Counted from the first letter of the whole stretch, positions 13,501 to 26,971 are shown. The stretch: DNA of 63,848 nucleotides, filler included, from Hyphochytrium catenoides (GCA_900088475.1; 11 parts of 11 records of this genome joined end to end with filler, not necessarily neighbours in it), one strand, 5' to 3'. Made by a program: numbers and translations. The notes: generated by a model not told the origin, from the sequence alone.

Positions 13501-15413
13501 CTCAGGGGTGCCGTCCACTAGCCAGTTCAGTACGTGGGGCGTAAAGAGGAAAAGAAAGAGCTAAAGGACATTAGCGGTTTTTCTTGACCAAGTGGGTGAA
13601 GAGATAGAAAGACACAAGATAAAGAGAGGAGCGGAAACAGAAAGAGAAAGATGAGTCAGACAGATGAGAGAGAGTGAGGAGTAAGGCAGAGAAGGGAGAG
13701 AGGGAAGAAGCCTGCATCCTTCACTGCGTTCATACCAAAGAGGTTAACCTTTGGACTATCCATTTGCTCTATCATTCCTCCGCTCTCCCCTCCCTGCAGC
13801 ACCACTGTCCCCGGGTCCATTGTTTCTTCCAGGAGAGACCGCGAAGACTCCAAGAGGATCAGCAAATGTCGCCGACTGCCAGCACTCTGGATCTCCATTA
13901 TGCGCTTCTTTAGGCCACCCATCTTCACCTGGTTGAGGAAGAAGGGCAGGAGAGGCGATAAACAGAGAGCACCAAAGGCAGGAACAATGAAAGCACAGAC
14001 AGACAAGACAAGAGCAGTTAGAGGACTGATCAGGGACTCGGAAGAGAGGAAAGCAAAGATCTTTAAGGGTAAAGAGAATGCCTTTACGGCTTAAGGAGAA
14101 CTAAGCTGAATGGGTAGGGAAGGAGAGAGAGAGAGAGAGAGAGAGAGACTCCACGACATTGCTGCTCTCCTGTTGACATCTACAAGGTCTGAGTAACACC
14201 AGATCCCTCTCTTCCCTCCTCTCCCTCTTCATTATGGCGTTCTTCTCCTCCTTGCTCCGTAGAAGCTAACCTACCAGGTGGTTCTCAAGGGTAGTCTGTA
14301 GTGCCTGGATCTTCTCCTGGCAAGTGGGAATCTGTCCTCTGCACGCGTCGTAACAAAAGGACAGTGAGGACGAGAGAGGAGACAGACAGAGAAAGGAAGA
14401 GAATCAAGAAGAGACCGACAAGAGAACCGCGAGGGAAAGGGGAATAGAGTTTCGGAAAGGTCCAGCAGCAAAAAGGCACTAGGAACCGAGGCAAAGAAAG
14501 CTACAGGGAGGCAAATATCAGGAGTAGTAAGAGACAGAACTGCCTTACGGTGGCTGGAACCATGTGAAGGGACCGCTCTCTATATAGTGGACCAGCGGCT
14601 GCCGATGCTGCCGCCTCCAGAAGACGATGTAGGAGCGAAGAGGTGTCGCCAAGTCCAAGAGAAGATCTAAGGAATGCTGAAGAGCAGCGATGTGCGCTCG
14701 AACTACTACCGTCAACTTGGCTTCTTCTAATAAGAGCTATAAGGAGAGGTTTCGGGTACAAGAGAGAGATGGAGCAAGGAAGAAAGAGTCAACGAAAGAG
14801 AGATGGAGGGGCTGCGAGAACAGAGAGAGAGAGAGACAACAGAGAGGAAGAAAGTGGATCGAAAGAGACTATACTTCTCTTTTGCATTCTAAGTCTATGG
14901 TGCACCCGGAAAGTTAAAGAAGAGCCTAGAGAAGAAGGCTTTGACGGAGAAGAGAGAAAGGACGAGCTGCCGAGATCTATCGATTCCCTTCCTGGGTCAC
15001 CTTAGTGTTCACTGTGAACTCGTCACCTATCCGGATCTGTTGCCGCTCTATGGCGACTTGGAGATCTTCGTCATGGCTGTTTATTGAGCGAGATCAATAC
15101 GAAGACAAAGAGATGGGGTCGAGTTGTGGGTGGAGGAGAGAGAGCAAAAGGGACAGAGCGGCAGAACATAAGAAGGTCAAGAGAAAGACAGAGAAAGAGA
15201 GGGGTGAATAACGAGAGAGAGAAAGGGAGAACGGAAGAGACAGAACACAAAGGGAACAGGGAATGGGTTAGACGCCACATATGAAGGGAAATGAGGGCAA
15301 GTCAGTCAGTAAGCAAAAGCAAGAAGAGAGAAACAGAGAAGGAGAGATAGAAAGAATGAAAGAGAGAGTGCGTGCGAGAGAGAGAAAGAGGAAGAGAGAG
15401 GAAAGAGAGAGAA

Positions 15414-15445
<32 letters not shown>

Positions 15446-16287
15446 AGTGCCTGTCAACCTACCCCGCTTCATGGAATCCGTCCAAGCGGGCAATGACTGC
15501 GGGAACCGCAGCGGGTCCGCTGTGCCTCAGGTCCTCCAGCACATCCTTCAGAAGCCCGGCCGTGGGATGGTCAGAGCGGATCAACTGGAGCTGTGAGTCG
15601 AGGGAAAGATGCTTCTCCGCCTGTTGAGGGAAGAGAGAAGAGAGCAATGAAAAAAGAAGAAGAGAGAAAGGGAGAAAGAGCGGGGAATAGCGTGCTGTGA
15701 GGCGGCTAGACATTGAGGCTTACACAAAGTCAGACCGAGAGACCTTACTTTTCTGTGCGAGATGGAGTGAGGGAGAGAGAGAGAGAGAAGGAGAGAGAGA
15801 GGAACAGAGAGAGAGAGAGAGAGAGAGAGAGTGAGAGAGAGAGAAAGAGAGAGAGAGAGGGAGACCGAATACGGACAGACACGGATTGCACTTAAGTAGA
15901 GGGACAACTTCAGACAGACAAAGGCAGCTCGCAGACAAAGCAAAAAGAAAGCACTTGCGATACCTGCAGAGCTTCTACAGCTGTAGCATTCTGAGGCCCA
16001 TCCTTGGACTGACTTGAGCTGCGGCCTCGGCGGTTCGGAGAGTTCGACTTCCCTCTGCCTGACGCGCTGGTGACGCCCTTTCGCGCATGTTCTCTATATC
16101 TGCTCCCCGCCCCGTTCGAAGTGCTGAGGATCCTCTGGAGAGATGTCCGGCGAGATGTGGAGCTCTCTCCAGCAGCAGGAGCAGCACTGGCGATACTTGC
16201 AGGCCTCTGGACTCGGGAAGTTTGGCTTGGTTGGACTTCTTCCCCGTGCTTGTCCTCCTCAGGAGGATTGGAGACCGGCGAGGACAT
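10573..16287 (-). CDS. NCA2: NCA2 / DGS1-family mitochondrial outer-membrane protein, multi-exon
   Basis: Exon peptides IREFWEEHMVQPL, AKESLQRMLEEF, YERQIPAAVKNIFSGDIVRMLLIQ|VQFIKKELMVAMGAIDELMDANQLNLELMATIP, LLRDIERMLN, DLDDLV..QQLATIDRMYRTY fit the NCA2 domain. Putative ATG at 16287 (MSSPVSNPP); 5' exons less certain. Confidence 0.85.
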
Positions 16288-16692
16288 TTTATGGGAAGCG
16301 AGAAAGCAAGTGAGCCGCCGGTTCGGGCTCAAGAGGGCTAGAGAGATAGGGAGAGCACCTCTAGAAGCAGAAGAAGCTTGGGCTGAAGCTGCGGGATGCC
16401 CAGATCGCCCACAAGCGAAGCGAAGGGTCAGCAAGGGAAATGGGTGCTGCTGCCTCTGCCTCCTCAATCAGCCCTTCTTCTTAGGTCAGCAAATATCCAG
16501 TAATCTCTGGCATCTGGGAAGAGAGAGAAGGGAGAGAAGGGAGAGAGGGGGAAAAAGAGCGAGCAACAGGCAAGAGAGAGTAAGAGAGAGAAAGTGAGAG
16601 AAAAAGAGACGAAGAGAGAGAAAGAGAAAGAGAGAGNNNNNNNNNNNNNNNNNNNNNNNNNNNNNNNNNNNNGAGAGAGAGAGAGAGAGAAG

Positions 16693-16860
16693 ATCTGACA
16701 GCAGCGCCAGAAAGATTCGTCAGCATCAACAGTAACTCTTTTACTAAAGATTAATTCACCATGGCAATTCTTTATATCACACTTTTTGCCGGTTTTATTT
16801 GTGGAAAAACAAACCAAGTCTACATCTGAGTGTGACTTTAATGGCTTTTATTCACTTTTT
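16693..16860 (-). mobile_element. AT-rich fragment encoding a zinc-ribbon-like peptide; possible Merlin/ISXO2-type transposase relic
   Basis: Composition shifts to AT-rich. Minus frame reads KCDIKNCHGELIFSKRVTVDADESFWRC, resembling the C..C...D...WRC ribbon of Merlin/ISXO2 transposases. Confidence 0.25.
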
Positions 16861-19800
16861 TTAAGGTGAAGATACCCCAAAGCGGAACTATGAGGCTAGA
16901 AGGGTGACAGGCCAAGCAAGGTAACCTCAGGCCTCTCAGGCCTCACTGGCAGTGGTCATTCTTCTTCCTCAATAAGATTGATTGAAGACCGTCGAAGACC
17001 GTCAACTCTCTGCCCGCGCGGGCGGTGGTTGCTGCTGCTGCTTCTTACCTGTCCACCACCACCACCCGCCCGCCGGCGGCTCATCGCCTCACCATAGAAC
17101 TATCCCCTGCAAGTGTTGATTTGGGCGAGTTCAGCCTCAAAACTGGGCTGTAGCGTACGACCCTTTGAGCTCTGATGCTTTTTGCAGCTGCTAGTTGTTG
17201 ATGGTTGGGCAGCAGCTCTTGCACCCTGCTGTTCCGCTGCTAATCTATCGCCATCCAAACTTAGAGGATCGGCTGCTTGTGGTGGCGTCCCCTCGCCGTC
17301 GTCGAGTCCTCTGTTCTTGCTGTTGTCAATTGGAAGACCGTGTCTCCTTCCCATCGTTGTCGTCGTCAGGAGACATCACCGAGGACCTTTTTCTGTCCTT
17401 CACGGCACAGTTCTTCTTTCTTTTTTGGATGATGATAGAGGCTTTTGCCTTCCTCTTTCCCGCATGCCTCTTGATACGTTTCATGCCCTGTGATGGACGT
17501 GAGCACAAAGAACATTAACAAGGGAAGAGGGTGGTAACGCCAGTATGATCAAACGCAAAAAGAAGAAACAGCACGGAAAGGAGCCATGAGCCATGTCTCG
17601 TGGAAGGACACGATGAACAGCAGACGACCCAAACCTTTGAAAATAAGTGAGGGTGTTCCTCTTCTTGTGGACTGACCTGCGATCTTTCTTTCCTGCTTCT
17701 TGGAGGCTTTCTTCGGCCTAGTAGCTTGCTTCTTCGTGCCTTCCCTTCGCCCACTACCCGTCTGACTTTGGTCATCTGTAGACGATAGTAGTCATCGGAG
17801 GAGTCATCTTCAGAGTTTGGGTCATCATCACCTGATGAGCATGACATAACGCGATTCTTTCAAGAAGACATTCCACAATTGAGGTCAGCTTTCTACGTTT
17901 ACTCTGATGATTGAGTTGATGAGAGGTGTATGATACAAAGTAAACGTAGAAAACTGACCTCAATTGTGGAGTGTCTTCTTCAAAGAACCTACCAGTAGGA
18001 TGACGATGAAGAAGCCTAGTCGTCAGCGTGATGACCGGAAAGAAGGGTGTTTGTGACAAGCAAAGTGAAGAGGTACCAAGAAGTCAGAGGCAATAAAGGC
18101 CAAGCCAACCTCTCCGACATCTGCTCCTTCTAACCTGAGCCTTCACCAGATCCTGGTTCTGCCGTGCCTGTTCAGACTAAATAGCAACCGAGACAGAAAG
18201 ACATCAAACTAGGCTGATTACGAGATGGCAAGCCATGCAGCTGCCTCTCACGTGTAGAACTAATGGTTGCCTCTGGGCCTTCTGCTTCTTCTCCACCAAT
18301 ATTATTATAGTCCGAGAAGCTCTTTCAGTGCTGTCTCTTAACTTTTTCATGATTGCGGAGAATAACCCCGGAGAGCGTTATCTTCTCACGGAACCAAGGG
18401 AGGATGGCAAAATCAGGAAGGATGCCGCCATGCTTGATATGAGAAGGTGGATATGGGCTGGAGGATGACAGAACAAGAGGATGCATGCGATTCAGAGTTA
18501 GTTTCCGTCCAGGCGTGGCGGAAAGGCTTAGAAAGGGTGCTGCGCTTGTCACGATCAGGATTTCTCAACCTTACATCATTAAGACCGTTTTTCTCAGGAG
18601 TATTTCCCCCACGAGACGGGCGACCGACGGCGTCTCTGCTCTGCTTTTAGATTGTCGATCCAAACCTTAATCTTTTCTTATATTGCTTGTGTCTAGATCA
18701 AGATCGCTGCAATGACCCTCACAATCAGAGTACCGTCTATTGAGCTGGCGGTCGTCGGGGACACTGCCGGTAAACGTTGATAGTACAGAGTAAACAGCAA
18801 GGAATGACGATGTGTAGTTAGAGAGGAGGAGGGTGCTCAGCAGGAAGAATTATTATCGTACTTACCTCTTTTCATGTTGTTGGTGGTCGTGGCGGGCGAG
18901 GCGAGGCGTTAATTTTGACTCCTAAATGGACTACTTACCCGCCAGTAGCAGTAGGTACAGTACTACCTGCTGTCGAAGAAGGCGCATATCTGCAGAAGGG
19001 CGGAGTAGTGAGTGACGAAGAGGAGGTGGAGATGGAACGGTCGTCAGCGGAGATTCTTCTGCCGCAGGCGCCGTATCAAAGGACAAGGATGACAGTAATG
19101 GTGATCGACGCTCCTGCTGATACAGAAAAGAAGATAGACCATCATCCTCAGCAGCCCCGTCTGTTGCCTTCTCCCATCCTTATTTATTCGATGATGAAGG
19201 TGCTTTATTAGGCGCACTCGGTTCTAGTCCGGAACTTCCCAGCAGCAGCAGAGGTGCTGCAACTATCTCGTAGTAGGTACTACCAGCCTCCACCACGGTA
19301 CCTGTATGTGACCTGGACCTGTATGTGACGTGGACGACCTCCTGTTCGTTGTTATTATGCTATTGTTTGAGACAAGAAGTAAGGGGGCAACAACTTCCAG
19401 CCTCTCGGTTGCCAACAAGAAGAAAGAAGGAGGAGGACGCCGCCCAGGCCCCCGGCGTCTTCGTCTACCCTTAACAACTGGAGCAGCAGAGGGTGGTGGA
19501 TGGTGGAAGAGAAGGTAAAAATGCTGCGCAGGCCAGGAAGAAGATAGTAGGCGTCACATGGGCCGACGACACAAAGCAACAGGGCTTGTTGGGCCATTGA
19601 GTAGGCAGCAAAGAATCGCCTTGCATTCCTCCGTGTTGCGCAGTAACAAAAGAGAAAACGCGCAAAATCTTTTCTCTCCTCCTCCTAGCTTGAAAAGATG
19701 GGCCGTGGTATGGTGAGGCAGCAGAGTACGCTTAACTATAGTGAAGAAGGCGGCTGCGGCGTGGCGACGACGCGACTGTTGACCAAAGGGCTGTGGAGAG

Positions 19801-20850
19801 GGGAACGTCGCAGATGACCTTCCTCGTCTCCCGCAAGATTCCCAGAGAGGAGAGGGACATTGGTTCGTTACCATCGAATCACAGGTTATTATATTATGTA
19901 GGACGGGCAGTTAGTAGCCCCCTAGTCTCCGACGAGGTATGAAGAAACAGAAAGCTCCGCCTGTGAAGGGGGTGCATGGGCGAGAAGGAGACAGAATAAA
20001 GAAGAGAAAGACAAAGGAAGACAGGAGGACAGACGACAGCTGCTGGTTGCGCTGGCAGCAGCAGAAAGACTCAAATCATCATCATCCATCAGAACGGCGA
20101 CAGGTCTACTAGTACTAACAACCGCCTTCCTCAGAGAGCGGACTATTGTCAAGAGGGAAAAGAAAGCTTTGTCTCCCAAGATCCTCACTCAAGGTGAGCC
20201 AGCCAGAGAAGAGGGAGATGAGAAGATCAAGAGTCCCAACAGCCAGAGAGCAGCAGTGAGAGGACAGTGGACAGCTCGCTGGTGCTCAATCAGCCTCCAG
20301 TCGCCGCCAAACAAGGAAGAAAGAACTGATGATTCTTTTTTCGTTTTTGACGCGACGGCGGCGGCGCCGGCGGCGGTGAACGAGTTACTGGTCCTGGGGT
20401 AGGTCTGGGACGAAAGGTTATCTAATGGAAGTTCCTATCGATCATGGGCATCGGCAATAATATCCCCATATTGCACACTCTTATCTGGTGATTGAGCCCT
20501 AAATGTGGAGTAGTAATATTGCAATAAGGTGATTGCATCGTTGGTCACGGCGTTGCATGAAGTGCACCTCAACAGACGTGAGTTTATTTATTGGGAAACA
20601 CAAGTTTGATATCTACCTGTGCTTATACGTGTTATGTTTTGATAAATGATATTGTGTGTTTGATATGATGTGTGTAAAGATGATGGCTATGTGTGTTAGC
20701 GGAGAAGTGAGTTGAAGCTGGGGGTGAGGGAGGCTGATCATCCACTGGCTTGGCTGCTGATGGCAGTCTCTCTCTCTCTCTCTTTCTCTCTTNNNNNNNN
20801 NNNNNNNNNNNNNNNNNNNNNNNNNNNNNNNNNNNNNNNNNNNNNNNNNN

Positions 20851-20914
<64 letters not shown>

Positions 20915-22552
20915 CTCTTCTCTGTTTTTGCCTCTATTTCTCTCTTTCTCCCTCTCTCTCTCCTCTCTCTGTTTCTGCCTCTATGTCTCTCTTTCTCCCT
21001 CTCTCGCTGTGTCACTCTCTCTCAGTCTCTCGGTCTCTATCTCGCTCTGTCTTCCGTCCACTCTTCCCCTTCTCTCTTTCTCACTCCCTCTCTCTTCCTC
21101 CACTTTCCAATCTTGCGCCACCTCGCCCCCTTCTCTTATCTCTCTGTCTCTCTCTTCTCTTTGTCTCTTCTCTCTCTGTCTCTTCTCTTGTCTCCTTTCA
21201 AGAGTTTGCTGAGTTTGTCTTCTGAACTCTTTTTGACACTACCGTGACTCTGTCTCCCTCCCGTTGCTAACAATACCTCTTCTCTCTTGATTTGTTAAAC
21301 GTCTCTCTCTCTCTCATGCTCTCTCTCTCTCTCACTCACCCACGCATGTTGCCCAACAAAGTGTTATCTTGGCCTGTTTGTCTCCTTGAACTCTCTCCCA
21401 CTCTCTCTCTCTCTCTCTCGGCAGAGAAATGCAGTCTTTCTTCTTCAGGTGTTTGTCTCCTGCCTGATCCTGCGCCGGCTCGGTTCGGATTCTTTGGTTC
21501 TTTCTTCTCCTCGAGCTGCTTGAATGACTCAGTCATGCTGCTCTTGGAGAAGAGAGCGCTTCTCTCATATCACTCTTCTATCTTTTCTTCCTCTCTCTTT
21601 CTCTCCTTCTCTCTCTCTCTCTCTCTCCCTCTAAGTTGTTTGACTATCTAGCCGTGGTGGAGCGAGGCTCTCCTCCACTCTGTCTGCACCTCTTTGCCTT
21701 TTCCGGACGCTTCTCTCCTCTGCTCAACACTTTAGCTCCGCAATATCTGATTCTGTCTCCAAGTCTCGTGTCTAGCTAGTACTGCTCCCTCCGTCCCCAA
21801 GGCCCAGTCTCTCTCTCTCTTCCCTCTTTCTCTCTCGCTCTGTCTCTCTCTTTCCCCCTTCGCTTTCTCCCTTTCTCGTCTCTCTCTCTCTTTTCCTTCG
21901 ATCTTTCTTCCTGTCTATTGGCTTCGCTTCAGTCCGTACCTTTTGCATACCGACCCTTTCTTTTCCCCGGCCACGGACACGCCTTTCTCTCTTGCCAGGG
22001 AGAGAGAGAAACAATCGTGTGCTGTTCAGTCTCCTCTTCGACACGGCACGTGGGTCGCCGCGGATAAGGTTGAGACAAGGCTTACAATCCGTTCAGTTGC
22101 TCTTTGGGAAGAGGCAGGGAGAGAGAGAGAGCAACAAGCTTATACACCGTGCTCGCCTGCTTGAGCCTCCTCTCCTTCCAGCTCTACCCGCAACTCTCTC
22201 TCTCTCCTCTCTTTTTCTTCCCCTTTCCCCGTGTTAAGGAGTCGCAATCGCGTTGAACCTGTTCGGGATGTTCCCAGGAGACCGCTTTGTTCATAGCATA
22301 TAGCAATCGTCTGAGCGATCTCTCTCTCTCTTCTCAGTCTGTCTGACTTCGAACTTCTCGTCACATTCTGGGAAGCTAAGGTCCTTGCTGAAACACAAGC
22401 TTCGCTCTCCTTCGGCCTCACTCTCTCTCACGCTCTCTCTCTCTCTCTCTCTCTCTCCTGCTCTTACCTTTAGTCTCACCAAAGCTCTCTTTCTTCTACA
22501 ACTATATTGTGTCCCTCTCTTCCTTGCTCTAACCCTTCTCTTGCTCCTGTCA

Positions 22553-24868
22553 ATGAAAGCAAATGATCCGCGTCAAGGTCCAAAAGAGAGGCGGGAAGCC
22601 TTCCCAGTTCCCGCCTCCTCTCCCCCACTCTCTCCCTCTCCCTCCCAGTCAGAAGAGGCAGTCCCAGGAGGAATGCCTACTGCTCTCTTCCTCCTCACAG
22701 TTTATGATCTGCTCGAGGGCTGCGCACAGAGCATCGCCTCCTGGAGCTCCAAAGGGGACTCGGTAATCGTGAAAGATACGGGAAGGCTTGCAGGTTAGGC
22801 CTGTACCATTCTCTCTCTCTTTTTCTCTCTCTCTCTCTCTCTCTCTCTTCCGGTCCGCCGGCTCTCTCTCTAGTTCTGACCTGAGATGCATCTCTCACTC
22901 TTTCTTTCTCTTCCCTTCTCTCTTCTTTGCCCTCTCTCTTTCCTTATCCCCTCCCAGTCCCAATCTGCCCTCTATTGCTCCACTGTCCTAGCTAGCTAAG
23001 CCTTCACATGGTGCCTTATTGCTGTCTCTCCCTTCCTCATTCTCCCGATGTTCACATATATCATCTCCGTTCACTCTGTTGTCCATCTGTCACCTTCATT
23101 TTCACACATAATCCCCACGCGTCTCTCTCTCTCGCTCCTCACTATTTCTTCAATTGCTCTCTCTCTCTCTCTCCTCTCTCCCGATCCGCTTCATCAAGCA
23201 GTCCTTCTGCCTCGACATTTTCCTGGCAGAGGTGTCACTTTCTCCTGGTTTGTCCAGCAGATGGAACTCCACGGCTTCACCAAGCTCCGCACCTCTCTCT
23301 CCCCTCGTGGACTCTGGGAATTCAGACACAAAGAGTTCCTTCGAGGGAAAAGAGAGAGACTCAAGGAAGTAGAGGACAGTCCAGCCATTGCTGCTCTCTC
23401 CTCTTTCTCTCCCCCTCTCCTCTCCGTTGCCTCCTCTCTCCGCGATAAGCCTGAGATCAGTGCGTTGAAGAATGAGGTCTCAAGGCTGAAGACCCAGCTT
23501 TCAGGTCTCAATGAGAGTATGTACGCAATGCTTGGGGTCATAGCCAAGCTAAAGACAGTAGATCTGCAGAAAAGCAGAGTCTCTTCTACTGTCTCTCTCC
23601 AGCCCACGTCTTCTCCTTACTCCTCTTTCTCTCCTCTTCCACCTTCTCCACCTTCTATCTCTTCGTCTGCTCATCATCTCGCCGCAATTCCAACGGTTTC
23701 TTCCTCCGTCTCTCTCCCGGCGCAGCCTCAGCAAAGTGGGGAGGCTTCTCTCTCTCTCTCCGGAGAGACTCTGACAACAGAAGGCAAGGAAAAGGCAGTA
23801 CGAGGAGAAGAAAGAGGCTTGAAAAAAAGACCTCGCCCTCATCCTGTACGCGTTCTCTCTCCCGTGGATGACCTTGTCTTTCCTCTTCTAGGAGGGAGCC
23901 CACTGCTTAGCACCGTTGTCAATGGCTTAGATCCTCAAGAAGGCGCCGCTGCGCACATTCTTCTCTCTCTCTCTCCCAAGCCAAAGAGAGTGAAAGAAGA
24001 AGAGATCCGTTCTTCCTCTCAGACTCTCTCTTCTCCCACTGGAGAACTGCTCAAGCTTCTCCCGCTGGCTCCCACGCCTCCTCCTCCCACGCCTCCTCCT
24101 CTTCTCCCCGTCTCAACCTCTTCGTCTTCTCTCTCTTCAAGGAGGAAAGGAAAGAGAGGAGTCCTCCAACCTATTCGGCATCTTCCTTCCGGCTTCCGCG
24201 CTCCGCCCAAGGTTCTCACTCCGATTGATGTCTCTCAGAGATCAAGAGGAACAGAAGAAGGGCTAGGGAGGGAGAGGAGAGAGAGAGAGGGACGCGGAAG
24301 AGAAAGAGAGAGAGAGACGCAACTATTTGAACTTCAGCCCTGGCTTGCTTCGTCTCCGCGCGGCCTTGCGGCTATCTCTGAGACGTTAGAGGAGCTTCAA
24401 AGCTCTCCGACTGGGCTTACTCCTTTACCGTTCGAGGAGAAAGAGACAGGAGGAGCAGCAGGAGAGAAAGCGCTCCGACTCCTCTCTCCTGTACTCTTCA
24501 GGGGCTCTCCAGCTCAACGGGCAAGTCATGCAGGAGAGAGAGGAAGAGAAGGTTATCATGTCTCTCCTGTGTTGGATGCAGGTTTCTCTCTCGACTCTTC
24601 TCTTCTCGAGCAACAGCCCGTACGTGCACCTCTGACCGAGGAAGACGTCTCCTCACTGTTTGCTGATCTCATGGAGAAAAAAGAGGGACAGGGAGAAGCG
24701 ATTGGTGAAGGAGGAGTGAACGGGGAGAAAAGAGAAGAGGCGGCATGTGGCGCAGAGTCTGTCTCTCTCCTCTCCGTCATGTCTCCGAGGTCCATGTCAG
24801 GCCTCTTCAGCCAATCCGAGGGAGAAGCAAGAAGATCTGCCGCTGAGAAAGAACAAAAGGGCTCTTGA
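22553..24868 (+). CDS. HSF-type DNA-binding domain protein (divergent), two exons (22553-22793, ~23202-24868)
   Basis: FLLTVYDLLE..IASWSSKGDSVIVKD | VLLPRHF..FSWFVQQMELHGFTK..WEFRHKEFLRGKRERLKEV is an HSF DBD. It is followed by a coiled coil (ISALKNEVSRLKTQLSGL) and a long S/P-rich tail. Phase-1 intron GCAG|gttagg ... aagcag|. Confidence 0.85.
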
Positions 24869-25288
24869 TGTCTCTTTGAGCCTGAGCATGACGGTAGCCT
24901 GTCTCTCTCTCTCTTTTTCTTTTTTTCTCTCTCTCTCTCTCTTCTTTTCTCTCTCTCTCTCTCTTTCTCTCTCTTTCTGCAGCTTACGACATTTACCAAG
25001 CGCTCCTCTCCCATTCCACGGGCGCTGGCGGCGAGGAGTAAGGAAATCTGGAAAGGTTAGAAGACAAAAGGAAGAAAGAGACAAGAAGAGAGAGGGACGG
25101 AAGAGAGAATGAGAGAGAGAAGAAGCAAAAAGCAAAGAGAGAATGGCTGAGTGAGTAGCTAGAGGTGAGGTTCCCATAGTGTATCATAACGCCGTGAACA
25201 GTACGACAAGATGAGTAACACTAAGCAAGTGAAGATGAGCAAACACATTCATCTTTGTCTTTCTTTCTTCACGTGGGGTCTCCTCTAT

Positions 25289-25330
<42 letters not shown>

Positions 25331-25884
25331 CCCTTCCTCCAGAAAGTCTTTATCTGTCTCTTTCTCTTCCTCCAGAAAACACTTAGAATCGTCATTCCGT
25401 TTAGCAATTATAAGAGAACCAAAGGTCGTCTGCCTTGCCAGGGAGCCGTGCTAAGGACTCTTTCTTTCGTCGGCCCAGCGTTCTATTCTCCCTCTCTCAT
25501 CTCTCTTTCCTTCTTTCTCTCTCTCTCTCTCTCTCTCTCTTTCTTGCTCTCTTCATCCTCTAGAGGTCTCCTCTGGCCCATATGTACAATAAATTCTTCC
25601 TTTCTTTAGCTATTAAAGATAATAATCAGTGCCCATCTCTCTACCGCTGACCTTCCTCGACCTTCTCCTCCGCCGATTTGTCTGATCTTTCTTCTCTACC
25701 TCCGTCTCCGTCACTGTCACTCTCTCTCTCTCTCTCTCNNNNNNNNNNNNNNNNNNNNNNNNNNNNNNNNNNNNNNNNNNNNNNNNNCTCTCTCTCTCTC
25801 TCTCTCTCTCTCTGCCTCTTTTACCCTGATTCTCTCTTCCCATTTCTTCTCTCTCTGTTCCCTAATTCTCCCCCGCTCTAACCT

Positions 25885-26118
25885 CTAAAGCTCTCTAAGA
25901 GAACAGTTGTCTCCCATGTAGCCCTGGTCACACTTGCAGATGCCCGTCTTATAGTCGCAGGTGCCTCTCAGGCTGCACTCTGTGTAACACAAGCCCGACA
26001 GCGAGCGCTGGCCTCCAGGAACTACCTTCGAGCAAGAGAGTGTCTCGTTCTTCTCGTCCGTGTCANNNNNNNNNNNNNNNNNNNNNNNNNNNNNNNNNNN
26101 NNNNNNNNNNNNNNNNNN

Positions 26119-26149
<31 letters not shown>

Positions 26150-26777
26150 AGGAATGGGGAGGAGGGGTCGAGAGAAAGAGAGAGTATGTGGGTGAAAAGA
26201 GAGAGAGAGGTCAAAATAGCAGCAATAGACAGAGTGAAAGCACGTGGAGGAAGATGAGAGAAAGAAGAAGAGCTTAAGAAGAAAATGACATCGTCCACTT
26301 TCCAGGGACAGGAGACGAGGACTAGAGAGACATGTTGAGAGGCTCGCGGAATAGAGTTATATCAAGGAAGGGAAGGCTCTTACGAAAAGGAAGAGAGAGA
26401 AAGAGAGAAAAGAGGGAGAACGAGCGAGGGAGCGAGAGAGAGAGAGANNNNNNNNNNTCTTCCGGTTCACTTACGAAGCGAACAGTCAGGCCCGAACCAC
26501 TCAGGAACGTCGTATTGCCCTTCATCAGGACCTACAGGCCATGAGGAATCGCATACTAGCAGGCAAGGAAGAGAGAGAGAGAGAGAGAGAGAGAGCAGAG
26601 GAAGGAGAGAAGGCCAGGAAAATAGCCCGTTAGTGGACAAGCTGTTGAACACGGGTTGTGCCGCAAAGGACCCTCGACATTAAGGCACCCTTCTAGCTCT
26701 TCTCTTTCCTCTCTCTCCTTCTCCTGGCTTGCTCTCTGTCCGCTTCTCTCTCTTCCTGGTCTGGGTAATCTCTCCGT

Positions 26778-26818
<41 letters not shown>

Positions 26819-26913
26819 TCTCAGTCCTTTGAACATGTGAGGAAGCTGATATCATGGCGCTCCTGACGCTTACCGCATCCATAAATCATATCTTCATCCC
26901 AAGTAGTCGTTGT
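25885..26913 (-). CDS. EGF-like/tenascin-like repeat protein, 3' exons (stramenopile mastigoneme-like family); 5' truncated by gap
   Basis: Exons 26874-26913 (TTWDEDMIYGC), 26475-26555 (VCDSSWPVG..EWFGPDCSLR) and a terminal exon ECSLRGTCDYKTGICKCDQGYMGDNCSLREL* ending 25885. The first two join in phase. Confidence 0.8.
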
Positions 26914-26937
26914 CTTTCAGCAAAGGAGCATGAAAAG

Positions 26938-26971
<34 letters not shown>

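Noticed and set aside
17000-20600. Numerous short ORFs between NCA2 and HSF
   Set aside because: No recognisable domain or coherent splice model; treated as intergenic, though a lncRNA cannot be excluded.
20632-21651. Many SLSLSL / RERERE ORFs here and elsewhere (e.g. 33121-33669, 34697-35248, 51818-52358)
   Set aside because: These are translations of (CT)n/(GA)n microsatellites.
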